DNA of 44,568 nucleotides. Source: an uncultured Nitrospinaceae bacterium (lineage in GTDB: Bacteria > UBA8248). How positions within the stretch are numbered: position 1 is the stretch's first letter; the number at the start of each line of letters is the position of its first letter. The stretch spans positions 1 through 44,568 of the forward strand of contig CAXFSR010000008.1 in the NCBI GenBank assembly GCA_964005815.1, given 5' to 3'. The notes beneath the pieces are model-generated. The model searched no databases. It had not been told where the DNA came from and saw only the letters and a list, made by a program, of their open reading frames with translations. The position numbers were made by a program, and so were the translations under genes. This document shows, one piece after another, positions 43,358 through 44,568 of this stretch.

Positions 43358-44568
43358 ATGTCTAGTAATGTAAATGATGTCCTACTTCCTGGTCGCGGAT
43401 TGCCTGGAAAAGAAAGTAGGAAAGCACAAGGCAAAGGATTTAAACTATTAGGGCACTGTGATTTTGGTGGAATGGGCAAGGGTGATGTTATGCAGATTAT
43501 TTTGCATGGAGATTATCTTCTATGCGGTCATATCGGATTAAGTAGAGCTGGTGTGAGTGTAGTGGATGTTTCTAATTCGTCTAAGCCCAGACTCGTAAAT
43601 CAAATTTCTGCGCCTCCAAATACTCACAATACGAAATTACAAATCTCAGGTGATTTAATGATTGTAAATAATGAGCAATGGGATGTTGGTGAAGAAGGTG
43701 CGCATAGAGCGGGAATTGATGTTTACGATTTGTCAAATTTGCCGGAACTGAAACACGTTTCTTTTTTCCCTGTTGGAGGAAAAGGATGTCATCGAATGTG
43801 GTTTATTGATGGAAAATATGCATTTTTGCCTGGAGATGATGATGAGTATCTAGATCAATTTTTAAGAATCGTTGATTTGCAAGATCCAACAAAACCCGAG
43901 GAAGTTGGAAGATGGTGGGTACCCGGCATGAAAAATGAAGAAGAAAGAGATTGGTATCATATGACGAATCATAGAAAAAATAAGAAGGGTGAATATATAA
44001 ATACGCAAGGAATGCCTCAAGGATCTCATCCAAAACGTGTTGCACTTCATACTCCCTATGCTGTTGGAAATAGGGTTTATAATGCCTGGTGGGATTCCGG
44101 ACTAATTATCTTAGATATTGATGATATTTCTAATCCAAAATTTATCAGTCATCTAGATTTGCCTGATCATGAAAGTGCTTCAACACATTCAATTTTGACA
44201 CTACCAGAAAGAAATTTACTTGTAGTAGTTGATGAATTTATTTCTTATGATTGTGAAGATATGACTAAAAGAATTAGAGTGGTGGATATTAGTGACGAGA
44301 AGAATCCAAAAGTAATTTCTATGCTTCCAGTTCCAGAAGGTGACTATGTTGACCATGGAGGAAGGTTTGGTCCTCATAATCTTCATGAAAATAGACCTGG
44401 TTCCAGAATAGAGACGAACCTTGTGTTCCAATGTTATTTTAATGCGGGTCTTCGTGTTTTTGATATAAAAGATCCATACAATCCCTCCGAAGTTGCACAC
44501 TATGTTCCGGCTACTCCGAATCGAGCGCCGGTGAGAATTTGGGATGATTTTCATGTGGTGCAAGTACA
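43358..44568 (+). CDS. LVIVD-repeat (beta-propeller) protein, 3'-partial; not in the ORF track
   Basis: ATG 43358 with SD ggagg; open to the window end. Repeats VSVVDVSNSSKP, IDVYDLSNLP, LRIVDLQDPTKPEEVGRWW, LIILDIDDISNPK, IRVVDISDEKNPK, GLRVFDIKDPYNP; also RFGPHNLHE. Confidence 0.88.
   Translation, partial: MSSNVNDVLLPGRGLPGKESRKAQGKGFKLLGHCDFGGMGKGDVMQIILHGDYLLCGHIGLSRAGVSVVDVSNSSKPRLVNQISAPPNTHNTKLQISGDLMIVNNEQWDVGEEGAHRAGIDVYDLSNLPELKHVSFFPVGGKGCHRMWFIDGKYAFLPGDDDEYLDQFLRIVDLQDPTKPEEVGRWWVPGMKNEEERDWYHMTNHRKNKKGEYINTQGMPQGSHPKRVALHTPYAVGNRVYNAWWDSGLIILDIDDISNPKFISHLDLPDHESASTHSILTLPERNLLVVVDEFISYDCEDMTKRIRVVDISDEKNPKVISMLPVPEGDYVDHGGRFGPHNLHENRPGSRIETNLVFQCYFNAGLRVFDIKDPYNPSEVAHYVPATPNRAPVRIWDDFHVVQV

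Noticed and set aside
43803..44563. Minus-strand ORFs 43803..44045, 43862..44050 and 44216..44563
   Set aside because: They are antisense shadows of the + strand LVIVD gene.
38974..44568. Integrative element or prophage at tRNA-Glu
   Set aside because: No integrase, phage gene or att duplication was seen within the window.
1..44568. CRISPR array, IS elements, rRNA, anti-phage defence genes
   Set aside because: No regularly spaced repeats, transposase, cas, rRNA or defence-type ORFs were seen; intergenic gaps are all short.

Overview
AT-rich, tightly packed bacterial chromosomal window from a diderm organism (it has a beta-barrel porin, Tat genes and ccdA). No integrase, IS element, prophage or CRISPR array is visible. 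Gene order: partial porin; class V aminotransferase-serA-hisZ-purA-ccdA; tatB-tatC-pyrF (- strand); DnaQ exonuclease fused to a degenerate UvrC-like GIY-YIG region; a ~13 kb co-oriented run (thiolase, DUF35/OB-fold, degenerate NtrC/Fis-like regulator, an amino-sugar cluster with three GlmU-type genes plus glmS and a long glmM-like gene, lone gatC, futalosine-type menaquinone genes ubiD/ubiA/menG); an HMG-CoA-synthase-like::DUF35 fusion plus a second thiolase (- strand); a SelW/Rdx selenoprotein missed by the ORF track (CxxU with a SECIS-like hairpin) ahead of phzF and a class I aminotransferase; a cupin, cbtAB, a cyclase and a CMD-family gene; a troABCD metal ABC transporter whose two permeases both carry DtxR/MntR-like C-terminal domains, preceded by a DtxR-type palindrome; an acyl-CoA synthetase; tRNA-Glu(UUC); then an accessory block (SnoaL-like, tandem DMT paralogs, orphan solute-binding protein, YciI-like, partial LVIVD protein, the last also absent from the ORF track). 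The best leads are the selenoprotein, the membrane-tethered DtxR domains with a candidate operator, the Cys-less HMGCS::DUF35/thiolase module and the tripartite GlmU cluster. All product calls come from motif recognition by eye; no database searches were run.
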